A DNA stretch of 64,000 bases from Trichodelitschia bisporula (Eukaryota): the NCBI GenBank assembly GCA_010356995.1, contig ML996702.1, positions 434,001-498,000 of the forward strand, written 5' to 3'. Positions 39,615-51,505 of this stretch are shown one piece after another. Numbering within the stretch: position 1 is the stretch's first letter; every line of letters begins with the position of its first letter. The notes below the pieces were generated by a model. That model was not told the origin of the DNA. It saw only the letters and a program-made list of their open reading frames with translations, and made no database searches. A program made the translations under genes and the position numbers.

Positions 39615-40106
39615 TCAGGCATCCTGGTCGGCGCTCGGCACGCCCTCGCCTTCGAAGCTGATCGTGCCATCGGCCATCACAGCCCCGTTCACGGTGCCGT
39701 CATCATCGGCGCCAGTATCGGCACCAGCATCATCCGCCTCAGTGAAGTCCGCGCCCGCTTCGTCGCGCTTCGACCACCCATGAGCCTTGCCGCCCTGCTT
39801 CCCGGAGCCCATCGCTTTAGCCCCCTGGCCCTTTACCCAGCCCGCCGGCGGGATTTCTGGCACGACAATGCGCTTCGCGTGGGGCGGGCGAGCGCCAACA
39901 GGTCCCATGCCGGAACCGGTGTCGCCGACGAAGCCCCACCAATTCCCCTGGGGAAGAGCGTCCTTGGGGGCACCGCCCACGTTGATGCTAGAGTAGGGGC
40001 CGATGCCGCCGTTAATGGGGGGGTGTTTGCTGGCCTCGTTGCTCTGGGCCACTGGGAGGGCGAGAGCGGGGGTCAGGAGGAGAGTTGCGAAGATGAGAGG
40101 GTGCAT
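39615..40106 (-). CDS. Small Cys-free secreted protein with two KR sites
   Basis: MHPLIFATLLLTPALA signal peptide, 163 aa, with AKR and SKR dibasic sites and an acidic tail. Confidence 0.75.
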   Translation of the reverse strand: MHPLIFATLLLTPALALPVAQSNEASKHPPINGGIGPYSSINVGGAPKDALPQGNWWGFVGDTGSGMGPVGARPPHAKRIVVPEIPPAGWVKGQGAKAMGSGKQGGKAHGWSKRDEAGADFTEADDAGADTGADDDGTVNGAVMADGTISFEGEGVPSADQDA

Positions 40107-41106
40107 GATTGCTGTTTTTGTTGGAGGAGTGAGGTTTTTGGTTTGTGGAATTCGGTGTCGTAGATGGTTGTGGGTTTGTGGAGTTGAGGTTGGAGAGTAG
40201 ATGTTGAGGATGTCGAGGACGTGGGTATTTATGCGTTGCATCACTGTGACTGTTGCTTTCTTCGGTAACAGGAGAGTACGGTGGGTGACTGTTTCCTTTG
40301 GCTCGGTCATTGTGGTGCATCGCTGTTTCCCAACTGATATGTTGGCAGATGCGAAGGGGGCCTTTGTCCCTGACATGAAGTAAGCGCGATCCGATCCTTC
40401 ACGTACTCAACCTGAAAGCATCACCACCCTCAATTCCACCCCCATCACCCTCACTCCGTATACAGCTTCTTCTCTTTGATGCGCTTCAGAGCCATCACCT
40501 CCACCCTCGCAATCTTCAATACCGACCCTCTTCCTTGTGGAGGCAGTTAGGCAATCCAGTACGGATCTAGAAAATGGTCTCAAATCCAGACCTTAGCTTC
40601 AAAGGGCACCCATTGTTTTCACATAGGATTGTCCCGTATCTAAACAAAGCCGTGAACTCGGGCCAGACCTCACCACCACGAGCTCGAGACCCCATGGCTT
40701 TGCGGCTTTGAGCTGCAAAAGTCGGGACTGGGATGAAATGTTGGTCGGACTGCATTCATCAGGGCAGGATGCGTGGCGCTTCACTATGCTGGGCCCACGT
40801 CGAGGCTGAGGCCATGCGATAGTTGTGGGTGTTGATGAGGAGCAAGGATTGATTGTTCAGCTAACAACTGATGACTGATGAAAGCATTGACTATTTCAAC
40901 CGAATATCGAGCCACCGTACCAAGATGGAAGCAGCATTCGTCTGTGTGTACAGTGCTTCGGATTGTGCCACAGAGGAGGGTCCGCAGGGCCGCCATCGGA
41001 CGGCAAAAAGGAAACTGAGAAATGAGTGTCTAAGTGCTGTAAGGACAAGCAGTCCGACCACGCAAAACCCTCGAAAGCAAACGTCGACAACCTCGTCTCT
41101 GACGTC

Positions 41107-41416
41107 TCACTTGGGCACCCGCTGCGCCAACTCCTCAAGGTTATCACGCAGCTTCGCAATCTTATCATCTCTGCGGCGAACCTCCTCGTTCAGCTCCCGA
41201 ATTTTCGATTCTTTACTTGTGAATCTTCGAATCGTGCGCCTGTACAACTTGATCCAGATTCTCAACATACTTCTGGAGTTGTCCGACCTGGTCCTGGAGC
41301 CGCGCCTGATTTTGCCGAAGCCTATCGTTCTCCCTCTTGAGATCATCGGCCACACCGGCCACATGCCTGACATGAGCCTGCAGCTCCTCGAGCATCCTAG
41401 GGTCGAAAAAGGACAT
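41107..41416 (-). pseudogene. Small coiled-coil gene disrupted by a 1-nt frameshift (or carrying a weak 46-nt intron)
   Basis: ACAATG start. The heptad ORF stops at 41213, and the heptad pattern continues in the adjacent frame to 41107. Confidence 0.55.
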
Positions 41417-42600
41417 TGTAAGCGTGGGATGCTTCGTAGGTGCTTGTATTCGTAGTGGGGGTGTGGGGAGGCTGAGCGCCAGGTGGGGGTTCCGCGGGGG
41501 TGTAGTGTTGTTACTATTCAGAGCAGGGCGCTAAGGGTTGCGTCAGAGGCAGTGATCGGGAAGTGAGATATCGCGTCGTCGATGGCTGATTCGAGAGTCG
41601 GAAAGCGAATTGGAGTGGTTGGTGTTGTACAGTACGATGTCCTATACTTCCAGCTCGAGGAGTAGTCATGTACGATATGCAGCCCCGGCCCCCACATACC
41701 TGCTGGTTGCCTCTCAAGCGGCTGAGAAAGCCTCAGCCTAGTTATAGTTCTAGTTCTAGTTGCCTCGTCTTGGCCCAAGGCAAAGAGCTACAGTAACAGC
41801 TGCAGTTGCGGCACTATGTGCAAACAACAAAACAAGCTGACACGAACGTGAACTGCCATGCATCCCTCCTCCAATTGACCTCTTAAACCCTGACACGACT
41901 GAGTTCTCGCACCCCGCGCCCTCATCGCAATGGACCAGGCACAGCCTTACGGAGGGATGAAACCCCACCACCCGGAAACTGCGGGGTAGGCGAAACGGCC
42001 CCCGCGTTGGGCCTAGGAAACCATATAAACTCGCAACTACGCAAAGGAGTTTAATAAACTTGCTAGGTGTGGGCATACCATTTCTTTGTGTCCTCAGACC
42101 AAGTTTTGGGCATTTCTCTATCGCTCGTTCTTGTCGATTTACCTTCCCCGCCTGACCAAGTACGCTTAGAAGTACCCCCACGATACGAGCAGTGAGGCTG
42201 CCATAAAACAGGGCGAACCACTGCATACACATTGCCTTAATCGAGTCCCAGTGTTGCCTGCTAAACCTCACGCCATGATGCAGAATAGGCTTCGGGAGGA
42301 ATAAGCCTTTGCCCTACATGCGAAGGGCAGCAACGCTGCGGGCTAGGGAGATGCAGGAGGCTGCTTGCTTCTGTAAACAGCCGACGCCTTTTTGAGTCAG
42401 TATGTGCAATACGTGTGCTATTTGTGCTATGCGCAATATGTGCGGATGATGAAGACGGAGGCCGAACATGGCACGGCTGGATATTCCGGACTGACGCCAA
42501 CGCCCTGGTAGACGGTCAACACCACAAAAAGCCTCCCAAACAATCCAACTCCAAACCCGGACAAAAAGTGCAAAGCGACCAAAGCAAGAAGCACTGTTTT

Positions 42601-42645
42601 CCCAAGCCCAACGCCCAACGCCCAACGCCCAACGCCCAACGCCAA
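42601..42645 (+). repeat. 7-bp tandem repeat (CCCAACG) x about 5, downstream of the F-box gene
   Basis: cccaacgcccaacgcccaacgcccaacgcccaacgcc read directly. Confidence 0.9.
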
Positions 42646-42669
42646 AAGGCCGCCCAGTTCGAGCCGATG

Positions 42670-44644
42670 TTACTCGTGCCCCCATCGCCAAAGCGTTTCC
42701 ACCTCCTCCCACTCCATGCTCTCCGCATCAGGATACTCGTACGTCCCCACCTCCATCTCGTCCAACCCCTCTCCTCCCCACTCCACCACTTCATTCCGCT
42801 TCACCCTCTCTTCCCTCCCCGCATCCTCCCCCCACACCAACCCCCCCTCCCCCAAACCATTCCACCTCCCAACCCCGGCCCCATTATCAAACGACAAGCA
42901 CACCAACCGCCCGCCCACGCCCCCCTCCCCCGCCGCAAGAAACACGACACAGCGCTCATCCGCCGCGCCCCGAAACACCTCTCCATGCGACCACGCCGCC
43001 TTCTCCCGCGCCTTATTCATAACCCCATGCGCCGCGCCCGCGCCCCGCGCCGGCCATAGACGCACGGGGCTGTATTCGTAGTCGCCGACATCGGGCAGCG
43101 CGGTGCGGGCAGGTTCTTTGCCCTTGCCCTTGGGATTGGCCATGAGAACGCCGACATCGGGCGGCGTAGGCCGGCGCGACGCAGTGCGCAGGCGCAGGCA
43201 GGGCGCGGCTGCGGAGGGGCAGCACGTGCTGTCCGCCACGAGCTCGAGGAAGGCGTTGGCGCCGGCGAGGTAAGTCCTGAACTTGGTGTGGGCGAGGATG
43301 AAATGGGGGGGGGCGTCGGGCGCGTGGGGGTGCAGGGGCTCTGGGTGGAAGTGCCAGGGGGAGCGGGTGGGAGAGGTCATGAAGGTTGCGTGGCTGTCGG
43401 CGAGGGGGGCGAAGGCGGAGTCCGGATTTGCGGTGGTGGGGGAGGTGCTGGGGGTGAAGGACATTGGTGTGCGGTAGAAGGTGCGGGCTTGGGTGGAGCC
43501 GCCGCGGTACCATTCGCGGCGGGCTTCGACGATGGTGAGGCTTGGGTTGTGCTCGGAGGTTTGGAGGGTGAGGTCGTTCCAGCTGTCGTCGATTGGGCCT
43601 TCGTAGTGTTGGCGTCTGTAGAGGTATCGATTGGTATCGACCTGTTCTGGATCTGGATCGGAGATGGAGAACCGCACGCAGTGGTAACAGGATGTCCAGT
43701 CTACTTCGATAACATTGAAGGAGGAGCAGTTGGACACGGCGTAGAAGTAGCCATCGTGGATAAGAAAGGCGTTGGTGTTGCCAATATCAGCACCTGGGAA
43801 GTCCTCCAGCTGAATGCCAATGCTAGAGTTGGGTCCGTAGCGGTCGACATTGCACTCTTTTTTATTAAAGCCGTGGTTCGGGTCGAGACTGATGCCCCTG
43901 ATGATCCACTCGTGATGACCATGGCTGCCAGTGACGGAGTGCATCCCGTAAAAGAGATACTTGTCCGTATTGCGAACGAATAGCCGCTGAGCTCCGAATA
44001 TTTGTCGCGGAGTAATCACGAGGCGCGGTTGCCAATGTTCATTGGGTTTTACGTCGCTTATTTCATATGCAAGAAGCCATTTCTGGTGCGCCATGTCTTC
44101 GAAAAGGAGCGTCAAAATGCCATGACTGACGTTGATCAAAGACCACAAGCCATGGTCGGTTTCCGTAATGGGCAAGTCGTCCAAGGCGTCTTTCAGGCTG
44201 AAGTGTCGTCTATGGCCAGATTCGTGGATGTAATCAATTTGGACCATCATATTAATGTCGACCGAGCAGATGATCCCCTGCCCAAAAACGAAATCGGTCG
44301 CCCGCTCCTGCAGGATGGAAGCTGACGCTGGCTTACCGACACTTACAGCCTGTCGCCGGCGATAGGTCCTAAGGAGAGCCTGGTCGTAAGAAATTTCCTC
44401 TTCCCGGGCTAAGCGAGCCTCCAGGGAGTATGGTACTGAGTTCTGTGGGAGTCAGGGTCAAAAGTGAGGAGGAGAGAACGCACTGTCGGCTTACCTCGAC
44501 TACCGTCTTGCATAGTACAGTTACATCTCCGTAAGCTTTGAGGGAACGGCATGTTGATCTGAGGTGTACCACGTCGTCGACGTCCAAGTTTTTCCCAATC
44601 TCGTAAATGATGTCGAAAGGAAGTCGGCTGAGATTTGGTGTCAT
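42670..44644 (-). CDS. F-box domain protein (Pezizomycotina family)
   Basis: N-terminal LSRLPFDIIYEIGKNLDVDDVVHLRSTCRSL; intron at about 44443-44494; open frame into LFVRNTDKYLFYG, FYAVSN, EVDWTS, RRQHYEGPIDDSWNDL and IVEARREW. Confidence 0.85.
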
Positions 44645-47337
44645 GGACGATAATTCGGATATGCCCGGCGTAGTAGGTAAACGGAATATATATCTGACCA
44701 AAGATGTGGCCTTTCGCACAAAGATCAAGTGCTCTGCGAGTTGTCATGGACACATAAACCAATCCAATAAAAAGGGGAGTAAAGATGTTTCGTGCTTGTT
44801 CCTAGCACGGCGAGGTGGGTGCCTCCTAAGCTTTGGGGAGCAAGGCAGGCTGTCCTTTAAGCAGGTCTCGATGGAGCCTCATCGTTGCTTGGTGTGGGCA
44901 TTGTTGGATCTGGACAGTGGCGCTAAATGTGATTACGGAAGATAGGCTCCTATTGCTCGCAGAGCCGCATACTGTAGGAGTATGCTCAAGCACGATATGC
45001 TGACGTGCTAATCAAGGTGAGAATAGAGGGTGTAACCGGAAATAAACGGCAAGCACTAGGTGGTGCATCTGATTTGCATCTACCTGTACAGCGGGTATTG
45101 CGGAGCAGAGCCTCAATACTACCAGTATTTGCTTCGTTTTCGCGCCATTAATGGGATTCTAGCTGCGGATGCCGTTCGTGTCGGGGATGATTGAGGCTCT
45201 GGTAGGTGGCCTGTGCCCGCTAGTCCAGTCTGGTTCTCCCCTCATGCCTCCTCATCCCCCCCTTCCCACCCCCCACATACATATTGTACCCAAATACACG
45301 TTCATTTACTTCTGATATCTTCTCCTCAAAGCTGCAGATGAAGACTAAGCCCATTTATCTTTTTTAACCCATGGTATACCGCGTGCCCGACATCGTGCGC
45401 CATACCCCGTACGAGGCTGATTCGATTTTGGTGTACGTTTCTTCCCTGGCCAGCCACCCTTTGGACACCTTCGCCCCGATACTCTATATGTGTCTGCACT
45501 TCTCTTCTCTGCTGCCCAACCCAAGATGCATATAATTTCGATTCGGAGCCCAATTCGACTCTAAACGGTCCACGTCCGCTCAACCTTGAATAGTACCCTT
45601 ACTCCAAGTCGCAACTTTGCTAGAAATTAGCCTGGCTACCTTCGTTCCGCCTGTAGCCGACCGAGCCTTACCGCCTAGCCAACCTTGAGGCATAATTTTT
45701 TCTCCTTCCAGCTCCCTGAAACCACAAGAAAACAAACTCCGCATCTTCTATCCGTCATGTGAACACATCGTAACCACCTACTAAGCTTACTCCATCATCA
45801 CTGCAGGCCGCCCTGCCCCAGGACACGAGGCTGTTTGCGGCTACACCTAAAGTAGTACATACCACGGATGAACCGACGTTGCATAGTACACCTATGCTTG
45901 CCTAGCCGTAGCACATCCCATCTCCTCAGCCTGGTATAATCTTCTCTAAATTAGCTTCGCATCACGCTGCCGGACTTCCCCCTCCATGTCCGCCCCAGTA
46001 CCCGTACGTCACATCCACCCTATCCGCATCACACGCCGATAGACTAGTTCTAATTAACCCAAATAGCTCGCCGCTTACGTCTCCCTCCAGCCTCAGTCGC
46101 TGAAAATCCCTCTACTTGTTTCCTTTCTCCGGGCGCTGGTGCCCAAGGAGTCCGTTTGCCCGGAATACTAGGCCCCACGACCCAATAGCAAGCATGCCGG
46201 GCAACAGCCGCTTTAAGCGCACTAATTTGGGTTGCATTCTATAGGAATCTATGGAAGCCCTTCCCGACGTTCATGTGAGACCGATGACCCACGATTCGGC
46301 CGCCCTGGCCCAACTCTCGATGCTAGCTCAAACTCACCGGCCAAATGACGTGCAAACTCGCCCGACTAGCAGCCCGACACGAGCTTCAAGCCCAAAGAGC
46401 CTCCAAAATTTCAACATGTGGTATATCGATATCTAGATCTCATCCACTCTACATCCGTACGCCCTGCAACAGCCAGCAACCGGCGACATCGGACGCAGCG
46501 TGATCCAGCCTGATCCTTCGGCCGACCTCGAAGAGTATCTCGGGTATAGTTCTAATGCATGTACTGCGCTACACGCCGCTGTTGCTCATACTGCCCGCGG
46601 GGCTGCATGAGCGGCCTCCCGGGCGGTTCATCTGCCCGCATTCCCACATGACGGAATTGTACCTCCGGCACTCCGAACAGGATCTTGGAAGAACTGATCT
46701 GGCGCCTGCTTTCGGAACCGCCACGCGTCTTTCGATATAGCTTCGCATCTTGGAAGGTGCTCAGCCTTGTTCCCTAAGGTTATCTTGACGTTGATCGCAG
46801 CCCCTCACTTATGCGCTGGCAACACCGCACCCAGCCCCTCCGTACAGTAAGGCTGAAGTGGCACGGTAAGAGACTCCCCCGCTCTAGCTCCAGCCCCGTT
46901 CGATCTCCGAACAATAAAAGCGATTCAAATACGCCACATAAACGGTATCTACCGTAGCCTTACCCCTCCACAAGAGCATTGACACCACCTTCGCTAAAAG
47001 AGAGCCTAGCCTAGACTCAACGACTGGCCATGACAAATTTTGCTCGTGAAAAAGTTGATTGGCCCGCGGCAAGATTCCCTATGCAGCTAGGGCAAGACCC
47101 CGCATTGAAGAGCCGCATTCTTGGCTCAACCGTTGCGCGCGCAGGCACCCTGGATCCCTCAGAACAGAACAGAACCCATTGCCCAACCAAACCCATCCAG
47201 CTGACGTTCCAGCACCATCGCCACCGTAGACGCCAGCACCCGATCCTACTCGTCCATGAACGCCCCATCCCAGCACGCAAGTTTCGCATCCGGCCATTAG
47301 CCTCAGTTTCCGAAGATCAATAACCCCATCACACGAA

Positions 47338-50012
47338 TCACATCTCGGCTCTTGCCCCCGCGCCTCCACCCCCCTTCCTCAACATAGCAATGACACTCTT
47401 TCCCCCCTCCTCACTCGGCCCAGCCGCAGCCTCCGCGCGGCTCAACGAAGCGTAAAAGCCCCGCACGGCATCATGCGCCATAACCTTGCTAGGATCGAAG
47501 CGCAGCACCTGGAGCCCAGCCATGCTCGTCGCACGCGAAAGAGCAACATACGCCTGTCCCTTTTCGAACACACGGCCGAGATCGACCTTGACGCGCTCAA
47601 GGGTTTGGCCTTGAGCCTTGTGGATGCTCAGTGCCCAGGCTAAGATCAACGGCACCTGTTGCCGACTCGCTTGCACTTCGCCGTTGGGTAGCTCGACGGT
47701 CCATTGTTCGCGCTGGCAGAGAAGGTCGCGCGTGCTGCCGTCGGCGAGGACGAAGCGCACGACCGGGAAGTTGCTTGCTGAGCCGGCGGTCAGGGATTCC
47801 TTCTTCGGCTTCTTGGGTGGGCCGCCGAGGCTGCCTGGACCATCGGCTTGCGCCTCGAAAAAGTCGGCTTCGCGCAGTTGGTACGAGTCGAAGGTGGCTT
47901 CTGACATGAAGCCTATTACTTTGCCCAAGCTGCCGTTGACGAGCGTTTCGTCCATGTTTTTGATCAGCATCACTTGCGAGCCCTTCTTGAGGTGGAGCAC
48001 TTCCGGCGCTATGCAGCTGCTCAGTAGTCTATCTCGGTGTGACTTGTCCATGATAGTGCCGCCGTCTCGCGCGGCGAATTCCTCGGTTTGGCCAGGCAAG
48101 TTCCGCATGCGGGCATTGTTGGCTTGCTCGACTTCGGCACGAGTGGGGAACCTATGGGGAAAATCGTTAGTAAATGGATGAATTGCCGAAAACGGCAGGT
48201 GCTGGGGACGTACAGCTCTGTTGCTTCAATATCATCATCCCTCGCAAGGTTCCGGTTTAAGCTTCTAAACCGGGCGATTGACCTTGATGACAAATGACCC
48301 TCACGCATTTCGTTGAGCATGCCAGCGAATTCTAGTCTTGATTAGCACGCAGTCTTGGGCGTGGGGGTACAATGTTCAGCCTTACCAGGGTCCTTTTGAC
48401 GGAAAATGTGATGGAGACCAATCGTATGTTCGATAGTAGTGTTCCAGGTCCCAGCTTGAAAGGCGAACTTGGCCATCCTGCCGTTCTCAGGTACAGGGGG
48501 CAGCTGAAAAAAGTCACCTGTAATGACCAGCTGAATGCCACCAAAAGGCCGACCGTTATTCCGCAAACGGCGTGCGATCTCCTCCAGCTTGTCGAAGAGG
48601 TCTGCATCAACCATTGATATCTCGTCGATCACAAGCGTCTTGGTGCGCAGCCACCTGTGCTTGGCCTTTTGGTTTTTCTTGACCTTCTTGACCAACTCCG
48701 GCACCTCTTCCTTGCCTAGACCGATGCCAGCGAAGCTGTGCAGCGTGACACCACCAATATTGCAAGCGGCTAGACCTGTTGAGGCTGTGACGGCGACGCG
48801 TTCCGTCTCGCGGGCGTTCTTCTTGCGCAGTGCAGCGATAACCTCGCGAAGTAACACCGACTTGCCCGTTCCGGCGGAACCAGTGAAGAAGACGCTCTTG
48901 CCGCTCTCAACGATCAAGTCGAGGACATGCTGCTGCTCGTCGCTAAGGTGGACCTTGTATGGACGCTTCTTGCTGCCTTTCATCGCTTCGACCATGACCG
49001 ACGAGTCTTTAGTCTTCTTCTTCGACTGGCGGAGCTGCTTTTGTTGCTCTTTGAGCGCGCTCGCGGTGGTATTCCATGGGAGAGATTTGTTTGACTCGCG
49101 TTTTTCGTACGTGTCATCGTCTGACGACCCATCGGACCATGGCAACGCTCGACGCTTCGCCGGACGTTCCACGTCCTCCTTTATAGCAGGAAGGGGGGCT
49201 GTGGTGGGGACGTTGGGGTTCTGATACGAGAATTGGCGGAGATCGACACGCTTACTTGCAGGTGTTCTGAGGTGGTCAGGTGGTGAGGATGACCAGGGAA
49301 GCTCGTTCTGGCTCGACGCAAGCGCCTGCATATTATGATTGACCGCAGTGTCATTAGCGGAGATAGTCGACCCGGTGCTCAGAGTTTGCTGCTCGATGAG
49401 GGCTGACTTTAACGTCGTCCCGGTGCTTGGGGCTTGCTGCGGGGTGAAGGACTTCAGCGTCGAGGGAAGCGATGGGGACGGAACGCGCGGTAACTCCGGA
49501 TGCGTGACGGTGCCCTTAGAAGAGGGATCCTCAATGTCCAGTTCAACATCACTGTCGAAATCATCCTCGTCGAAGTAGACGCCCGGGGCGACAAAGATTG
49601 TCTTGGACGACGACTGCATGGAATTGGACTGCGCGGCGGACTGCGGGGGCGGCGGAAGTTCGTCAAACGCATTGCGGCCCGATAGCGCCTTTGCTAAGCC
49701 GCTCGAACTGCGCTTAACGCCTGCAGACAGGGTAAGGTTGTCGTCTTCGGGGTAGGTGCTGATGCTCGGAGCCATCATGTTGGGAGAGGCGGCGGCTAGG
49801 GGTTGGCCGGGGAGGAAGTGTGAGTGCGGCTTTGCTGCAGTGGCAGCGTGGTTGTCGACGGCACGTTTGAACATGGTGGGAGTCCCTGGTCTAGACGGCG
49901 CGTCGGAGTAGTCGGAGATGGAGGATGTGGATGCTTTGCGGAGGCGAGAGAGCGTGGGTCGGTAAAGACCGAGGAGCGCAGATGTCCTGGCAACAGCGGA
50001 GCTGGCCAGCAT
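47338..50012 (-). CDS. PIF1: Pif1-family 5'-3' DNA helicase
   Basis: FFTGSAGTGKS, TASTGLAA, IDEISM, GDFFQLPPV, FRQKD, PLILAWALSIHKAQGQTL and GQAYVALSRA. Two introns near 48152-48213 and 48332-48385. Confidence 0.95.
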
Positions 50013-50737
50013 GCAGCAGATGGCGAAGTACAGTAAATATGCTGAAAGGGTGAGTAAGAGGTCGTAGAAGGAGGGTGACGGAAGGCAGAAACACAGCATA
50101 GGGCCAACGCTCGTCTAGCGGGCGGCGGCGTTGGGCTTTCGGTCGCGGGTGTGGAACATTCGCGCGCTTGGACTTGTTGGACCCTCTCGCTCCAAACCGC
50201 GTCGGGAGGGATTGGGTGTTGGGGATTGGACCTACCTAGGGCGACCCGAAAAAAGACGTGACCGCCTCACCTGGGCAGGTTTGCGGATGGTACGGCTACG
50301 ACCTTTTCTGAATGCCCCTTCGACCAACTTTTACGAGATTGACGCGCTATGGAGTGGGTCACGTGAGAGCTCGTTGTTTTCGTTAGCCTCTTGTGTCGCC
50401 ACTACACGTCTCGAAGGCATCTAGTCTCGAGCTTCAATTTTCTTATGGGATATGCCGATAGAATGGTGTTGACTGGTGCTACGGACTGCAATGGGCGAGA
50501 ACATGCGACGGCAAGGTGCCACAGACAAAAATCGGTGAGAAGCAAAGACCCGTTCCTACCCCAACCCACAGCAGCATAGATGGCTTCAGACCGCTCCGAA
50601 ATTCGATTCAAGATACTTTTTCTAGTACATACAGTTTCCACACGCTTGCTAACTTCGAAGCGGTGGGAGAGTGAAATGCAGACTGCTCAATATGGCCCTT
50701 GCCAACTATTCCGACGACCGACGACAGCTCACGCCCG

Positions 50738-51505
50738 TCAACGTCCTGGGTTCTTCCCATTCATATTCCCCATGCTCCCCACTTGAGCGGGCAAAGTGGA
50801 CGACCAAACATCGGGGTCATTCCTCTGCGTATCCGCCCTCACCGTCTCATAGTTCATCCTCATATCCTCCACCTCCTTCCAGGTCACCTTCCTCCCACCT
50901 CTAATTTCCCGATCCAAAAACTCAATATCCTCCCTCACCCTCCTCAAACCATCCGCATACTGTAGCAGTCGATTCGGTAACCCCTGCCCTCTTATCAAGC
51001 TCAAAATGCCCGTAATAACCCCATTGACTGCCCCGAGCACCTCAATGGAAATATGCCACCCCCCCTTCAACGCCCCAAAAACAATGAGCAGCGCACTAAT
51101 GACCAGCTGCGCAATCAACGACCCGTACACTATCCAGTCATACAGGTAGAATCGGTGCCACGTCGCCCGTTCCTCCCTCACGAGCGCATAGTAGATGCTC
51201 GTCGGCGCCTCAGGGTCTTCGGGTTTGCGGCTGAGCCATCGTGGCAGCGACGAGATGCGCGGGATCAGCCCTGGATCTGGCTCGCCGGCGAGTGCTGGAT
51301 CGGTGCTTGTCGGGTGCGGGTTCGTGGAGGGGATGCCCAGAAGCATACGGAATTGCTGGATTGTGAGCGGTGCGGTTGGGAGCTTGATGGCATGCTCCAT
51401 CCCGGATGATGGGTTTGGCGTCGCTGGCCCGTGGACTTTGACATCGGTCCCAGATGTTGGGATGTCGCGGCCCAGCTCGGGGTCTTTGACGTCGGTCCCT
51501 GACAT
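50738..51505 (-). CDS. SLATT (SMODS/SLOG-associating 2TM effector) fungal-type membrane protein
   Basis: QFRMLLGI, IYYALV, two TM helices (AQLVISALLIVFGA; VLGAVNGVITGILSLI), GQGLPNR, LRRVREDIE and NDPDVW, a pattern I recognise as fungal SLATT. Confidence 0.75.
   Translation of the reverse strand: MSGTDVKDPELGRDIPTSGTDVKVHGPATPNPSSGMEHAIKLPTAPLTIQQFRMLLGIPSTNPHPTSTDPALAGEPDPGLIPRISSLPRWLSRKPEDPEAPTSIYYALVREERATWHRFYLYDWIVYGSLIAQLVISALLIVFGALKGGWHISIEVLGAVNGVITGILSLIRGQGLPNRLLQYADGLRRVREDIEFLDREIRGGRKVTWKEVEDMRMNYETVRADTQRNDPDVWSSTLPAQVGSMGNMNGKNPGR

Noticed and set aside
42446..42494. ATGATGA...CTGA box C/D snoRNA candidate
   Set aside because: Only about 50 nt, with no terminal stem or recognisable guide.
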